From contig JAQGDQ010000112.1 of NCBI GenBank assembly GCA_030141605.1, positions 372,001 to 436,000 of the forward strand: a DNA stretch of 64,000 nt, given 5' to 3'. Shown here piece after piece: positions 27,601 through 40,921 of this stretch. The position numbers were made by a program, and so were the translations under genes. The notes under the pieces are model-generated. The model had not been told where the DNA came from and did no database searches. It worked only from the letters and a program-made list of their open reading frames with translations. Each line of letters begins with the position of its first letter. Within the stretch, counting starts at the first letter, position 1. The stretch is from Tubiluchus corallicola (taxonomy: Eukaryota; Animalia; Priapulida).

Positions 27601-29160
27601 CAACCTCATAAATCTGGCAGAACAGTTAGATCTGGGAATCATTGCTACAGTCAAACCTGGTTGTAATGCCCCATTGATAATGCCAAACTCGCTTGAAGTC
27701 CCGCAGTAGGCAGTATAAAGAAACTTGACTGTAAATATTAATCAGTAATTATATGATTTCTTTTAAGCACAATTTCTCAAATAAAATTATTGCTATTCCT
27801 CTTGGTGAAAAAGGCCAATTTTAATCCCATTTCTCACGATTTGACTCATACGTTTACTGTTACAGGTGTGGCAATATCTGCACATAAATCAGTGACGACA
27901 GCGATTTACTCATTTCTCAGATGTACAGAACCAGTTGACTACCTTGCAGAATTAGATGTAAGCTCAATAAAATTGCATTCTGTATGACATTAGCTGTTTT
28001 TGCTACCGAGTGGCGGATCTAGGAATCTGATGGTGTGTTCAAAGTGAAACTAGCAGCCCCTTGGAAGACGAACACAGGATTAGGGTCTTTTGAGCTGTGG
28101 GGGTGAGCAGGTCGATTTCGAATTTGTAACTTTCAAACTTCAGTCAAACCGAATTTCGAGATTTTCAAATCTGAATTGAATTTAATTCTAAAGATTTTCA
28201 AATAAGTTTCAATTTACTAATATATGATTTTACAAAGGTCATGCATATTACTTGATTTTGCTCTGCAATAAAAACACTAATAATTCGTTTAAAAATTGCG
28301 CAGAGAAATTGCAGCAAAATTGTGCTGAATGCATGATGTTTCAAGCGCTTCAGTGATACAGAATGTATGTAGTTTAAATATTTGATTATTCAAATCTATA
28401 ATTTTGGGTTAGAATCAAATTCAAAGTAAAAAGATTCGTTCAAATCGAATTCGAACACTCGAACGTTTAATGCTCACCCCTCTTAAGTTCTATCATTAGG
28501 GTACAGGTGTCCCGTTCACAAATGCATTTTGCTGGATTTAGCCCATTTTAAAGACTTATTAAACATACTTGCAAAATAAATTTAATAAATTGTCTATTAA
28601 ATTATTTAAACATTTGTGTTTGAATATGTAAATATTAATCAGTTGCTAATTGACTACCTGTAATGTTATGCTTATTGAATAGTGAGTTAGTAGCTGCATT
28701 GCAATAAATAGTTACATTTTTATGTTTAATAAATTAGCAATACATAAATATAAGGAATAAAACTTCAGAAATGACTGATTTCTATTGGCCAAGAAATAGA
28801 ATTATTTAATTAGATGTTTCCTTGCCGAATTTACTTTCTTTCTTATATGGAAGGCGCGACTAAATTTAAAAATATTAATTGGAATGCATTGTCGGCTTTA
28901 CGTGAAAACTCACCATTTTACTAAACGTAAATCAACTGCTTCTGTTTCTTTTTCAGAAAGATAACCCATTTTCGAGAACAATACTTTATGCCATATCACT
29001 AGGTGGCGACACCGACACAATTGCATCAATGGCAGGAGCAATTGCCGGAGCATATTATGGGATAGAATCTGTCCCAAAGGTTTGGCAAGAAAAATGTGAA
29101 GGTGTGAAAGATGCAAAGAGACAAGCAAAACAATTGTATGAAATTGCGTCATCTGTTTAA
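21697..29160 (+). CDS. ADPRS: ADP-ribosylhydrolase ARH3 (ADPRHL2), tandem copy 2, 7 coding exons, 381 aa
   Basis: Exons 21697-21937, 23939-24038, 25498-25717, 26052-26209, 27135-27265, 27866-27957, 28957-29160 (1146 nt, frame intact). Same intron positions and phases as copy 1. Motifs GDCLGNPFE, FTDDTAM, GSYGNGGAMR, ITHSN and GGDTDT are intact. Confidence 0.93.
22429..23142 (+). mobile_element. Probable non-autonomous Helitron-like insertion in ARH3 copy 2 intron 1
   Basis: Abrupt GC/CpG-rich block starting at a (TA)n run and ending in the hairpin GCAAAA-TT-TTTTGC followed about 11 nt later by CTAG (23139-23142). No TIR or TSD seen. Confidence 0.55.
27648..27731. mobile_element. Tiny pogo/Tc1-mariner-type MITE
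   Basis: TA|CAGTCAA ... TTGACTG|TA. Internal ataatgccaaactcgctt is also found at about 31267-31284. Confidence 0.6.
28098..28482. mobile_element. hAT-like MITE with many TTCGAA motifs
   Basis: Ends GGGGTGAGCA ... TGCTCACCCC inverted; TSD degenerate. Confidence 0.55.
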
Positions 29161-31337
29161 GTGACTAACACGTCGAAGACACTTGGCCGATGTTTGGGCA
29201 ACCGTAATGATAAGAAATGTTGTACTCTGTTATACTAAACACAAAAAATAGAACGACAATTTAAAGTGAATATCGATGGTGTTTTCAAAGTTTAGGCAGA
29301 GAAAAGATATTTACTTTTTTTGTAAACCAATGAGGTGATTTTTTGAGGCAAAGAACTGCTGCTTAGTTTTGGACAATCATAAACTACTGTTCACCAAGCT
29401 TAAAGAAGAACACCTGGTTTTAGTGTTGTGCTATGAATGCACAAATTCTGGACATTCCGGGGAGTACAATTCATGCATGGTGCAACTGTTATTCGGACAG
29501 TGTTTACTGTATTTGTATATTGATCATGGTGGTTCATTGGAGACCTTGACAGCAGTAATTGATCACTGTGCAGACTCATGCAATAAAGTAAAATGAGATT
29601 GACCGTATTTAGAATGTTAAAACTTAAAAGTCTAATGTAATAAATTATAGTTGAATTTTCAGTGTTGCATTTACCATAATCTATTGATTTTATCAATTTT
29701 TAATCACACGTTATAGTTCTTTTGTTTGATCATTTTCTTGTGAAGGTAATTCACTGTAAATTCAAATACTGACAATGCGACAGGCAAGAAGGAACTTAAT
29801 ACGGTGATGACAATTAGTTTTGTTCACAAACTTCGCCTGCATCGTAGAGATGAAAAGACATGCTTGCTTGTAAAATCTTTGAGTTTGTTTGGAGAAACAT
29901 ACAAATAACTTTTTAGTTCGTTAAATTCCTCAGTCGCACTGCAGTCATTTCATGGAAACTAGTGACTTTACCATTAATCAGAAAATGTAGTGCCCTTTGT
30001 AAAAAGCCATATGGCTTCTACGGGGCAAGTAATAGTAAAATGGCATGCCTCAATACTTTTACATGTATTAGGTAAAAAAAACAGTGCTGCAGTGTATCAA
30101 TGAAGATACTTGATATGTTGATGCCTGTTTTATAAGTCATTGGTTTCATAAGGCAAGACAAGAAGTAGAGCCCTTTCACAAAATCTACTGTGAATGCAGT
30201 AGGTTTTAAATAATCTTGATGTGGACAGAGTTGCTAGAACAATAGTTGTACAAGAAAACAACAGTTAAAGAAAAAGAAAAAACAAAGACATTTGGTCTTT
30301 TTTTTAATTTTGTCCAATTCTGTTTTAAATCAACTGACTCAGCTTTCACAAGCAAAAGTTGAGCAAAGTGAATGAGTCACTCTTATGTTTACCAAAACCC
30401 ATTGAATTTTTAATCTAAGTTGTAGCTCTATTTATCTGGCCATTTTTAATGTAATTCAAGTTCAAATGCTGACGACTTTCGCTTGTACAACATTTGCAGT
30501 GCATTAAATTAAACCAGTAGCACATTGCGTTGAATGAACAATTTTGGTAAATTACCAACGTCTGCAATGCTGATAAGGATTCCCATTTAGACTTTATCCC
30601 AACCAACACAAAATAGAGAACTAGTAATTGCCAGCATTACTGATCAATTATCTCAGCCCATTATTGTTCTGCCTGATTGTATAAAGACAGTACTTAGCTG
30701 CTTTGAGAGTCTACTAGCAGTCACGTTAATGGTTAATTACAATTCAACAACAAGGCAATCAGTCGCACATATGTATTGATTGAGCAGCAGGAGTGAATTC
30801 AAGTTCCTCCGTGAAATTGTTTACTTAGCCGTTATGGAGAGCTAAATACAGACCTCCCTTTCAAGTGGCCTTAGAAATTTTCTGATCGCCAGTTTACACT
30901 TGCGTACAGACATTTCGCGCCTACCGGAATTACATGTTAGTAGAAGTTTTACATTAAAAACTGTTGTTTTTTGACTACAGATAATGCAGTCGATTGCTGA
31001 AAATATCACCAAAGTGAAGATTCAGTTCTACTGAAACAAAACTGGTTATTGCAAAACATAAATCTTAAAACTTTTTGGATTTCAGTTTCATTGAAATCCA
31101 CCAATTTTTACGTTTTGTGAGACTGTTACGACTTATGAGCCTTTTTATGCAAATATAGTCAAACATCATTATAACGCACTCTTTTATAATAGCAGACTCG
31201 CTTAACACCCATATTTTTGGCAAACCAAAATGTCTATATTTGCATAGACAAGTATGCACCTCGTTATAATGCCAAACTCGCTTAATACCAATATTTTTGC
31301 AGTCCCAAAGTAAGCGGTATAGAGATTCAACTATAAT

Positions 31338-31679
31338 CAGGGCCGAATTATAACCTTTTGGGACCCCTAGGGTAATTAAATTATGAGACTCCCTCAGACG
31401 AAGCCACCCTCAAACATATATTTTAGTAATGTTTACATAGCATGAATTAAACTTATTCTTTAAATAAACTAGAACAGGTATCTTTTGTAGGCCAATAAAG
31501 ATATTTTTAAGAAATGCCACTATTTTACTACTTATTGCAAACTAAATAAGCACATATTTCAACACAAGCATCGTGTGAAAAACAGACTTTACCAAATTTT
31601 ACTAAACCTTGAGCTCCACCCCCACCCCCACCCAAGATTGAGGGCCCTAGGCTCCAGCCTATAGAATAATCCAGAAATG
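31338..31679. mobile_element. Degenerate hAT-family MITE
   Basis: CAGGGCCG...ATTAT start; near-identical 8-bp TSD ACTATAAT/ACTGTAAT; subterminal gggccctaggctccagcctatag shared with the element at 47969-48607. Confidence 0.6.
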
Positions 31680-32342
31680 ACTGTAATATAGGAAAAATCG
31701 TCTCATAATACATGTAAATGTGAGAGACACTATTATTCTAAAAAGAAAGCAAAATTTATTTAGCTATGATTTTACAAAGAGACCAAGCTCGCTGTGATCC
31801 TGTATCACCGATATGAAATATAATACTCGTTAAAATAATAATGCCTCAAAAAATGCATTATTTATATGAGTACATGACATGAAAATATACAAGTCTTCAC
31901 AAAACTGTGCATTGGTACCATTATTCTTTTTGACATGTTCAATTGTGCACTATGCAAATTTATCACATTGAGAGATTCGTAACACCGCATATAATACGTT
32001 TTTAAGGTTTATAAATATCTTCTAAATCTCTGTAGTGTGTCATGTTTTAAAAATTTCATGTCATGATCAAACAATTCTCACATTCGTTGAACTGATATTT
32101 CAAAGAAAAAATACATTGCATGAGTGTACGATATTTGCCATGGTACAGAAATTTTTAATTTTAGCCAGTGACATTACAGGAAACACCGGCTAAGTACAGC
32201 AAACAGCACAATGCAATACGTAATACAGAAGAGTAAAGTACAATACAATACAATAAGCTTCCAGGCCAATTTTATCTTGGTCTGTCAGCTGGAATGTAGC
32301 TACACATAAATGCTCTATTTTTCCTTGCTTGTTGGGACAATA

Positions 32343-32797
32343 CAGTCAACCTCGGGTATAAGGGACCACTAACACTGGTCCCAATTTTTTGTAACGTTTT
32401 TCCTTATAAAAATCTTCGTATATAAGGTACTCGGATATAAGGGACTTTCGGTTATAAGAGACGATATCTTCAAGTCTCAAGTAATAGAAACACAGGTAAA
32501 TTACCTCGCATATAAGGGACCACATGATCAAAGCGAAATTGATCAATTTTTAGCCTCAATTTTTCGCAAACTCGGCCTTCGAACAGCTCGGTTTCCGCGG
32601 TCACATGCATCGCATCACTGAACGAGCTTCCTACATACCGTTTGCACTGAATGTGTAGCAATGATCGACAAAAAAAAGGGTAAACGTACATGTCTAGATA
32701 CACCCTCGGTCTGACTCAACTTCGGCTATAAGGGACATCGGATATGAGGGACAATTTTTTCTGGTCCAGAGGTGTCCCTTATATCTGAGGTTGACTG
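32343..32797. mobile_element. pogo/Tigger-like (Tc1-mariner) MITE
   Basis: TA|CAGTCAACCTCGGGTATAAGGGAC ... GTCCCTTATATCTGAGGTTGACTG|TA; TA TSD; repeated internal ATATAAGGGAC motifs. Confidence 0.88.
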
Positions 32798-34801
32798 TAC
32801 AACCAAAATGTCACAATGATTCATACAAAGTAAAAATTAAGCGACACTATCTTCACAGGTAACGTAACACGAACAGACTGCTACATAAACAAACCAAGAG
32901 CATTCAAAATGATGTAAAAATTCAGATCTGCAAGTAGTAAAAGGTATAAACTATCTAAAAAATTTTCTATACTAACTTTATGTCGTACTACACTTCATAT
33001 CAGACTTTACTATTTATTTACCATTTGATTCATGTATTTTTAGAGTGTTTCAGACAATACAGACATGATAGTATGATGTAACTTTTTTTGCACTTGGTTG
33101 CTGCTGAACAAAATTACATTATTACAAACTCAATTTTAATATTTTTGGTGCAAACTTGCAACTTAATACCAGGATTAATGTAAGTGGAATTTTTCTTGTC
33201 GCAGTTCAAAAATACGTACATTTTCTTGCACTAACTCATGACAAGCAAGTTGAAACATGAAAAATGATCAGTAAATTACAATCACATCTTCTCAATTTGG
33301 TCCAATCTTGAAATAATGTATGTGACATTATATATTTCCTTTCTTATGACCATTAACATGTAAATATTTACCTATACTACAGTATTAAAAAACATAACAG
33401 CAAAATAAAAATACTTGTGCCTAATTAATAATATATTCATTGTAAATCTCTACTTAAACTCTAAAATTAAAAAACATAATAATCAAAAACACTCAATTTA
33501 ATACTAATTATTAATGATCATTGTAGTTACATATTGTATCTCTACCTAAGCTATTAACATTAAATTTAAAAAACGATAATTACAACAATAAAAGTGAAAC
33601 AAAAGGACAACTGGCCATCTAACAATAGCTGCTACTAATTACAATCACTTCTGCATTTTTAATTTAACGTAAGTTCATTTTTAAATACGTTTTAATTTCA
33701 TTTTTAACAAGCTTCTAAAAGACGGTTCATATGTAATTACACACTTTGTACATTTAATTTGGACATTATGCTCCGGTCAATTTTACTAATGCCCACCAAG
33801 TTATAACAGACTAAGCACGCTGGATGTAAAAATATTAAAAAAAACTGTGTGATATATTTCGATAGATACCCACACAATATAAAATGTGCACAAATTTTGT
33901 TTACAATTCAGTATTAATAAAAGTTAAAAAACAAAAGTGCACATTTATCATGGAATCAGCTTATTATGCACTTCAGGGGAATGCAAGACAAAATTCAGCA
34001 TTTATTGACAGAATCTACTTAAAATAACAGTCGGTTGTGGCAAGACCAGATCCTTCCTCATCATCAAAGGCAACCCTCTAAATAGCAGAGGTGACCAATG
34101 TACATACATCCTACAATTGCAAGGTGAACAGCGAGAATGCCGATTCAATATGGGTCAGAAATGGCTCATACGACTATGAAATCTGAGTGGTCGCAAGCCA
34201 TTTTTGTGAAGCATAATTGCTTGACCACTCAGCTATTCAATATCCTGCTTTAATCAAAGGTTCTGAATGTAAAGCACTGGTCCAGAAAAAGTTAAATGGG
34301 ACCCAGTTTAAATTAATTCAGGTTTCAGGTAAATTAATACTATGTTTCTGATATATTTTTCGGAGGCCTTACGTAACCTTTGTTACCTTTGTAACCAAAG
34401 AGTTATTATTAAGTTATCAAGAACAATAATTTAATTCTTAATTAGCCAGCCAAGTCCTTTCATTATTAGTTTTCTTTACTTTTCTAGCAAAGTCTGACAC
34501 TAAGCCATGAACTTTAGAAGTTCTGGTACAGTTAATATTCCAATTTTATGGCACAGTGGCTGGAACAAGCTCTCTAGCCTTATTGTCAATTGGCAGAACG
34601 AGTTTTCATCATGGACATTTATATTTAGCGACATCACGTTACATACAATAGATACGCCAATATTTTGGACAATATTTCAGGAAACGTATCTAAAACATTT
34701 GTAAAATTTTCTTAATATTTACAACTGGCCCAGCTACATGGAACAATAAAGCTCAAGAGATTCTATGTACAGGTCAAAACATAAACAAGGTAAAACCTCC
34801 T

Positions 34802-37054
34802 TCACCTATATAAAAAATAAATAAACTTAAAAAAAACTAACAAAACAAATGTAAATATTATGCTGCAATTTTTGCCACACGATGATCCGGAATTCTGTGA
34901 GGAATTAACGACTTGCAAGTTATCACTGGATTTTGTAGGAGTCTGTAAGCTGCCATTTGTTTTAGGCTTGTTTATACTCCGGTTACTGCCTTGACTCTTT
35001 TTTCCTCCACTTCGACGGTAACTCCTCAATGTTGAAGACGGTGGCTTAACAGTTGTTTTATAATACTGCGGCTTTTCAAGTTTTGGTGTCATAAATTCCA
35101 GATGTGCCACATGACCTTGACCCACATCTGACACTGCTTGAACTTTAACGATGTAATCGGAAATTTCCTGTAAATCTCGGAGAACAACCTTCATATCACC
35201 TTTTCGAGGTACGATTTCCAACAGGCTGTCCAAAAACGATGGCTTTTTGCCATACATAACCCGATATAGAACAACGGGACGATCTGTGTGCGTAGGTGAA
35301 TCCCATGATATCTCAGCGGAAATTGTATTGTCTCTTATTATGATGGAGTGGGTAACATTGTCTGGTGCTGAAGGGACACCAGGAGGGGCCGTAGGACAAT
35401 CAGGCTTGACGTTCCCTACCACAATGACATCAAAACACGATGGTGTGTGAAACTGACGCTCCCTAACCACACTAGCAGCATGCGCTTTTGTAGTTGCCTG
35501 GATAGTAACTGTGTAACGGCAGTTGTATCTGAGATCATAGATTAGAAAAAAAGTTTCATGAGTAGTTCCTTGCAGTGGCCGATTAATTGCATTTTCACCA
35601 TTAGCAACTCTACCTAAACAAACGCCTGGTGCCCAGGTGAGCAGAAACTTGATCGCTCGGTCAGAAGCATCCTTGTCTCTGTTATAATCCCAAGCTATCT
35701 GTGCTCTCATCAGCCCATTTTCAAAATATGGCACCTCAATGGTGATGTTTTCCACTGGAGGTATCCCAGGATGCGAAAACAACAGCGTCCCTGAAAGTGG
35801 ACTTTGATCAGAATTAATGGAAGGAGTTGTAATGTCCACAGACGCTCTTTCGCCTCGAAGCCTGGAATCACCATACTGAGAGAATGCCTGAACCTGTATA
35901 AAATAATGTGTGTTTGGATCCAATGTTATCACATGTGACAACTTATCTGCTGCCACAGCTTTCTTATACTCAGTTAGCGATAGCAGCTTAGGAGTGACGC
36001 TACTGAGTCGCTTGCTCCAGTATATCTTATAGCGAACTATGGGAAGATCACTGTATGGTTCATTCCACCAAATAATTTGGCTGATCTTATCTCCAGAAAC
36101 AGTAGTATTACCCAAGGTGAGATTGTTTGGAGCTTCTGGAGGGCTGGGATCTTTAGATAAAGCAACTGGCCTGCATGATTCAGAGTAACCCCTAGTTCCA
36201 CTTTTCGTCACAGCAGCAACACGGAACTCATACCAATGACCAGGCAAGACGTATTTCAATATTTTTTGTAATCTCATGGTTGTCTTGCCAAGTTCCTCCC
36301 ACCGAGTGCTACGATGAACACTGTGATGCATCCCAATGTTCCATCTGCCCTCAATCACAAATATAATGGGATCCGATTCATTCAGATCACTTTTCACCTC
36401 CCAGTTCAGCACAATGGAAGCTCCAGACCGCCTTTCCATGGCCTGTACCTTGAAAGGAATGGGTGGCAAATCATCCAGTGCACCAACTGGGTCTTGACAT
36501 GTACGTCCACAACCATTGTCACAACACTTTCGACTAGAATCGCAGTCGCCATCAATATCACAAATTTTGACACACGCTGCAGCAAAACCAAATACTTCAT
36601 CTGGCGCTGGACAGTGCCCTGGCTTATATGTAGTGATGTTTTTCAAAAAACTGCATGACTGCAGGCATTGTTCTTTTAGTGGTACTTTTTTACAAGACAT
36701 TGTCGAACATTGCTGGTAGTCGTCAAAAGGTAAATCACACGGACTAATACACGAGTTGCATTGTCTATTCTCAGTGCATATCATACCATAGGACGTTGCT
36801 GTTTTAATACGCTGCACTGTACCATTGGGCATTTTCCTCTCAGATTCACTTAACTTCACATTTTCTCCCCTGACATCTAGACTGTCAGTAAAACACCGAG
36901 CTTGACATCTTGCCCCAATCAACATATCTGGCCTCTGGTCAGGAATGCCATCTAACCAAATCCATCCCCCAACACAAGAGCTCAACAACACAAATATTAA
37001 ACAAAACATAGACGAATAGCCACTTTTCATACAGCTCATCCTTCTCGCAAACAT
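34802..37054 (-). CDS. ANOS1: Anosmin-1 (KAL1) homolog, single-exon CDS, 750 aa
   Basis: Signal-peptide-like N-terminus, Cys-rich domain (ARCQARC...C..C..PC), WAP domain (KPGHCP...AAACVKICDIDGDCDSSRKCCDNGCGRTC), four FN3 repeats (e.g. LPGHWYEFRVAAVTKSGTRGYS), S/T/K-rich linker and hydrophobic C-terminus. Confidence 0.95.
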   Translation of the reverse strand: MFARRMSCMKSGYSSMFCLIFVLLSSCVGGWIWLDGIPDQRPDMLIGARCQARCFTDSLDVRGENVKLSESERKMPNGTVQRIKTATSYGMICTENRQCNSCISPCDLPFDDYQQCSTMSCKKVPLKEQCLQSCSFLKNITTYKPGHCPAPDEVFGFAAACVKICDIDGDCDSSRKCCDNGCGRTCQDPVGALDDLPPIPFKVQAMERRSGASIVLNWEVKSDLNESDPIIFVIEGRWNIGMHHSVHRSTRWEELGKTTMRLQKILKYVLPGHWYEFRVAAVTKSGTRGYSESCRPVALSKDPSPPEAPNNLTLGNTTVSGDKISQIIWWNEPYSDLPIVRYKIYWSKRLSSVTPKLLSLTEYKKAVAADKLSHVITLDPNTHYFIQVQAFSQYGDSRLRGERASVDITTPSINSDQSPLSGTLLFSHPGIPPVENITIEVPYFENGLMRAQIAWDYNRDKDASDRAIKFLLTWAPGVCLGRVANGENAINRPLQGTTHETFFLIYDLRYNCRYTVTIQATTKAHAASVVRERQFHTPSCFDVIVVGNVKPDCPTAPPGVPSAPDNVTHSIIIRDNTISAEISWDSPTHTDRPVVLYRVMYGKKPSFLDSLLEIVPRKGDMKVVLRDLQEISDYIVKVQAVSDVGQGHVAHLEFMTPKLEKPQYYKTTVKPPSSTLRSYRRSGGKKSQGSNRSINKPKTNGSLQTPTKSSDNLQVVNSSQNSGSSCGKNCSIIFTFVLLVFFKFIYFLYR

Positions 37055-40000
37055 TTCACAAAATTTAAAGCCTGAGCGAAAACGTGGCCTTGCTCATATC
37101 AGGCGAAGTTAAATTGTGAAAGCACAATTATGCAAGTTTGGCTCTAATACATTCTACTTAAATGTATAACTTGTCTACGAATAACAAGTCACATAACCAT
37201 TACAAAATTTGACAAGCAGCGACTCGGTCGGATCACAAATACAACGATACACTACTTTTCTTGGCGTGATCAATGTGTTTATCAATACAATAAGATGCCA
37301 GCAGGAAAAAGCCATTACTACGCTAACTCAACGATTATTCTGCTGTTGGTTGAAGGTTGTCACTCTGCACCGTCCAGGCCATAATGATGAATCATGACAG
37401 GAAAATAAACAGATGATAAAATTCGATAATTTTCTCACCGTGAAGATCGTTAAACATCCTGCGCGACGCAACGCACCAACCATATGCCAAATACCTACGA
37501 GATGAACATCGAAATCGGCGAGATCCAATCTAAAAATGATGGTGCCAGATACTAATCATAGATAACATCTGGGAAGCTTAACAGCCTGATGGGAGACCTA
37601 ATATGATCTAATCTGCAACAAGTTATATACCTACCAGTGAATGATAATAATGTGTACGTGACGTACGCGATCCACATGCTTAATGAAAAGAAATCAACCT
37701 TTATTCACTCCCTCAAGTATTCATAATGTAGTGCATGCCAGCAGCGTAAACTGGAGCAATCACGTTACTGTAACTTGTTCTTTATTGCAAATATTCCTGA
37801 ATATTGATAAGAGTTGAGTAATAATTCAATTTCTAAACAATATTAATGGGCTTGTGATCGAGCTTTATGAAAAGTCATGAATTACTCAATATAGTGCAGT
37901 ATATCTGTTTTTTTTTCTTGTTTATTGTTTGGTAAAGCTGAACTAATTGATAGGAACGTACTGTACGTGCGTGCCAATTTCAACAGAGGACACTATCCTA
38001 ACGCTTCCAATGTTTCCACCCATTATTGATGCAATGTTTGATCTTCAACTCTTTTGCGTGATCTCGGGAAAACAACTGGGCGTGATTGGGCTTTTCTAGC
38101 TGTCTTGAAAACCTAATTAACTGCACCATTGTCTGCAACGGCCACACCACTCATAATACAGCTGCATTATTATTTGATATTGTTGCGTTGTTGTTGTCGT
38201 CGACTTCATTATTATTACTTTATTTATTAAAATAAAAAATTGTTGCTGCTCAGCAACTTTCCATCTTCGTGGAAAATAGCTTCAGTTAACCTCAAGTTTT
38301 TCCACACAAATTATACGTGCGATAACAGTGCACAGGACTTGTGATAATACCCATGCGATTAAACCCATAAATTATCATTATAGCCTCATAATTTTGTACC
38401 ATTACCATTTTTTAGTCCATCCGTCAGTTCGCATGGTGTCCAAATCCCTTCTATATCCCAGGAAATGATTCATTTTGAAAAGATTCTTTGTAAAACTTGA
38501 AAACTATAAAGTTATTAATTTAGGAATTAATTCTGAAAGGTAATCTTAAGATACCAGAATCAATAATAATGTGTACAAACTTATTGAGTTGTGTAAAAAT
38601 TTTGATGTGCACATTTAAAATGGAACATTGAGAAATGATACTTTTGTAGAAATGAAAACTTGTAAAGATGCTAACGTTGTGGATTAAGTTATAGCCTCTC
38701 CAATCTTAATGCCTGCAATTACAGGAAGTTTGAAGTGCAGTATTTCAATGAAGTATTAACAGATATTCATTACCCTATTGCTTTTGAAATTAATTTAAAT
38801 TTTATGTTTTTAAAGAAAAATTGCATGGTAATGATAATATTCAAGAAGAAGAATATTTGTGCATAACAATACATTAAGTGAAGAAAAGACGAAACAGATC
38901 AATTTAGAAGAAACTTTTGCATAGATAAAACTAACAGCATGGTAGAAAAAAATTGCTGGCCGAAAATGCCAATGCTGAAGATCTGAGGGCAACGTTGATA
39001 ACCGTGTTTTTTAAATTAATGAAATGTTTTCTGACTGTGCCAAATCAGCTGATTTGATAAAAAATAAGAAGCCTTAAAAATCAGTTAAAAAAGACAAATA
39101 AACCACTGACTAAAAAAAAACTGCAAATAAAATTTTTTGGAAGTTAAGAAAAGATTTTAATTCTAAAACCAAAAATCCAAAAGAATACTAGGCAAGTAGT
39201 TAAATATATTGTGCCAAGCACAAACATTGACTCACTCATAACTATGGTCGAATGCTGTAAGAAGGACTGAGCGACAAAGCTGTTTGCCCTAATTTTCATT
39301 TTGTCCTCCTATCTCGGCTCCTTAAAAGTGCCAGGTTTTTAAAAATCACGGGTGCTCGTTTACCTATAATGCCTATAATTACCTGTGAAGAAACTGAATT
39401 AAACTCAAGGCCCTACAGGAGGAATTGAGTAATATTTAAAAAAACTAATCAATGTCCACTGCCTTTGACCCTTTGACCTTCACCATGCCACTGTTTGTGC
39501 TCCACCTCAGGCGTCTATAACCTATCAAGTGACTAACCAACCCATTGACTCTATATAGGTATCATCCTGCATCTTCTTAGAGTGTTCAAGGGCAATGTGT
39601 GCATGCTTCAGTGACGCTTTTAGCGACTTTTTCGAAATGGCCTGTGAGAACTTCAATATTAATGCAAATTAAAATAACTCCATTTTCTGATACATTTTTA
39701 AAAATACTGTAAAGATGCTATGTTTGATGCAGCCACATCTGACTGCATGCATGGTATTTACAGAAATCAGTTCTAACCAAAAATTTTTATAGCAGCATAA
39801 GGGAAGCTACATAACTTGGCTATAAAAAGATGGAAAAATCTCTAAAACAGGATACACTTGGGTTTAAAATCCATCTCATCCAAAACAACACAGGCAGTGA
39901 GGAGATACATACATGTATATGTACAGAAACAAAATTTTTGATGCACCTAGGGATATATCTATTATGCGATTTGCTGGTTTCCAAACTGAGCCATCGAGCC

Positions 40001-40921
40001 AATATCAGCTGAACAGCTTGTTAGTTGTTTGCTAACGCGACCTGTTGTAGCAAATTTAAAAAACTCGCTAATCAATTTTTACGCTTGCTATTGTATATTA
40101 AACGTAATGACTTCTCAATTCAAACATACTTTCTATAAAAACGAAATTAACAGTACCTATAAAGGAATAAATGGGAACTGGTGTGATAATACTTCTCTTC
40201 TATAATAAAGGCGGTTACCTACGCAACTTTCATTGTGCTATACGTGAGGCATAATTATAATAATCACATTTTGTATTTTTTCGTTTCCATTCTTGTCATA
40301 ATTATTAGCTCCGTCACGAATTTGGCGTGTAAGGGAACCATAATCAGTGAAATCGTCACTAGTTTAAGTTTTCTTAAACGAATATGGCAGCGTACATGAA
40401 TTTCGTCATAAGTTTGTGAATTCATGTAAATTTATGCAATGAAATACACAGTTCTAAAGTTTTGTCTGTTGGTGTTTAGTGTTTTAAGCATGGAACTTTT
40501 GCTGGTGAGTCATTCGAATTAGAATTGTAATTTTTTATTCAGATGGTTTGTATTACTAAGTTTAGTTCATAATGGCTTGTATTCTAAATCATGTACTCAG
40601 CTAGTATACGCCTTGCTGATATAAACTGGCTTTTATTTGAAGCTCAGCCAGTGAAGATAAGTATTGGATATTGCGCTTTATCGGTCTGTGGTGGTGTCAT
40701 GATTTTATAGTTCATAAACTTTTTTACTGTTGGTATGCGCCTGCGGCAGTTTAAATGTGTTTGAGCTCTATTAAAGCTCTTAACACGTTACCAATGAAGT
40801 GAGTTCTATAATTATCATTCGCTTACTTCTCATTGCAGATGTATACACCATTGCAAATGGAAGATTTGCCGATTCAGGGATAGTCGCATTACAGAACGTC
40901 AGAACACCTGCAACTTGAAGC

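Noticed and set aside
35247-36719. Plus-strand ORFs overlapping anosmin, and similar ORFs over STAMBP and ARH3 exons
   Set aside because: Short antisense or alternative-frame shadows of real coding sequence with no motifs.
40839-40921. In-frame TGA two codons before the copy 3 ATG as possible selenocysteine (the ARH family includes SelJ)
   Set aside because: No upstream in-frame ATG in the plausible leader exon (TAG at 40477-40479), no homology of the upstream frame, and no convincing SECIS after the stop.
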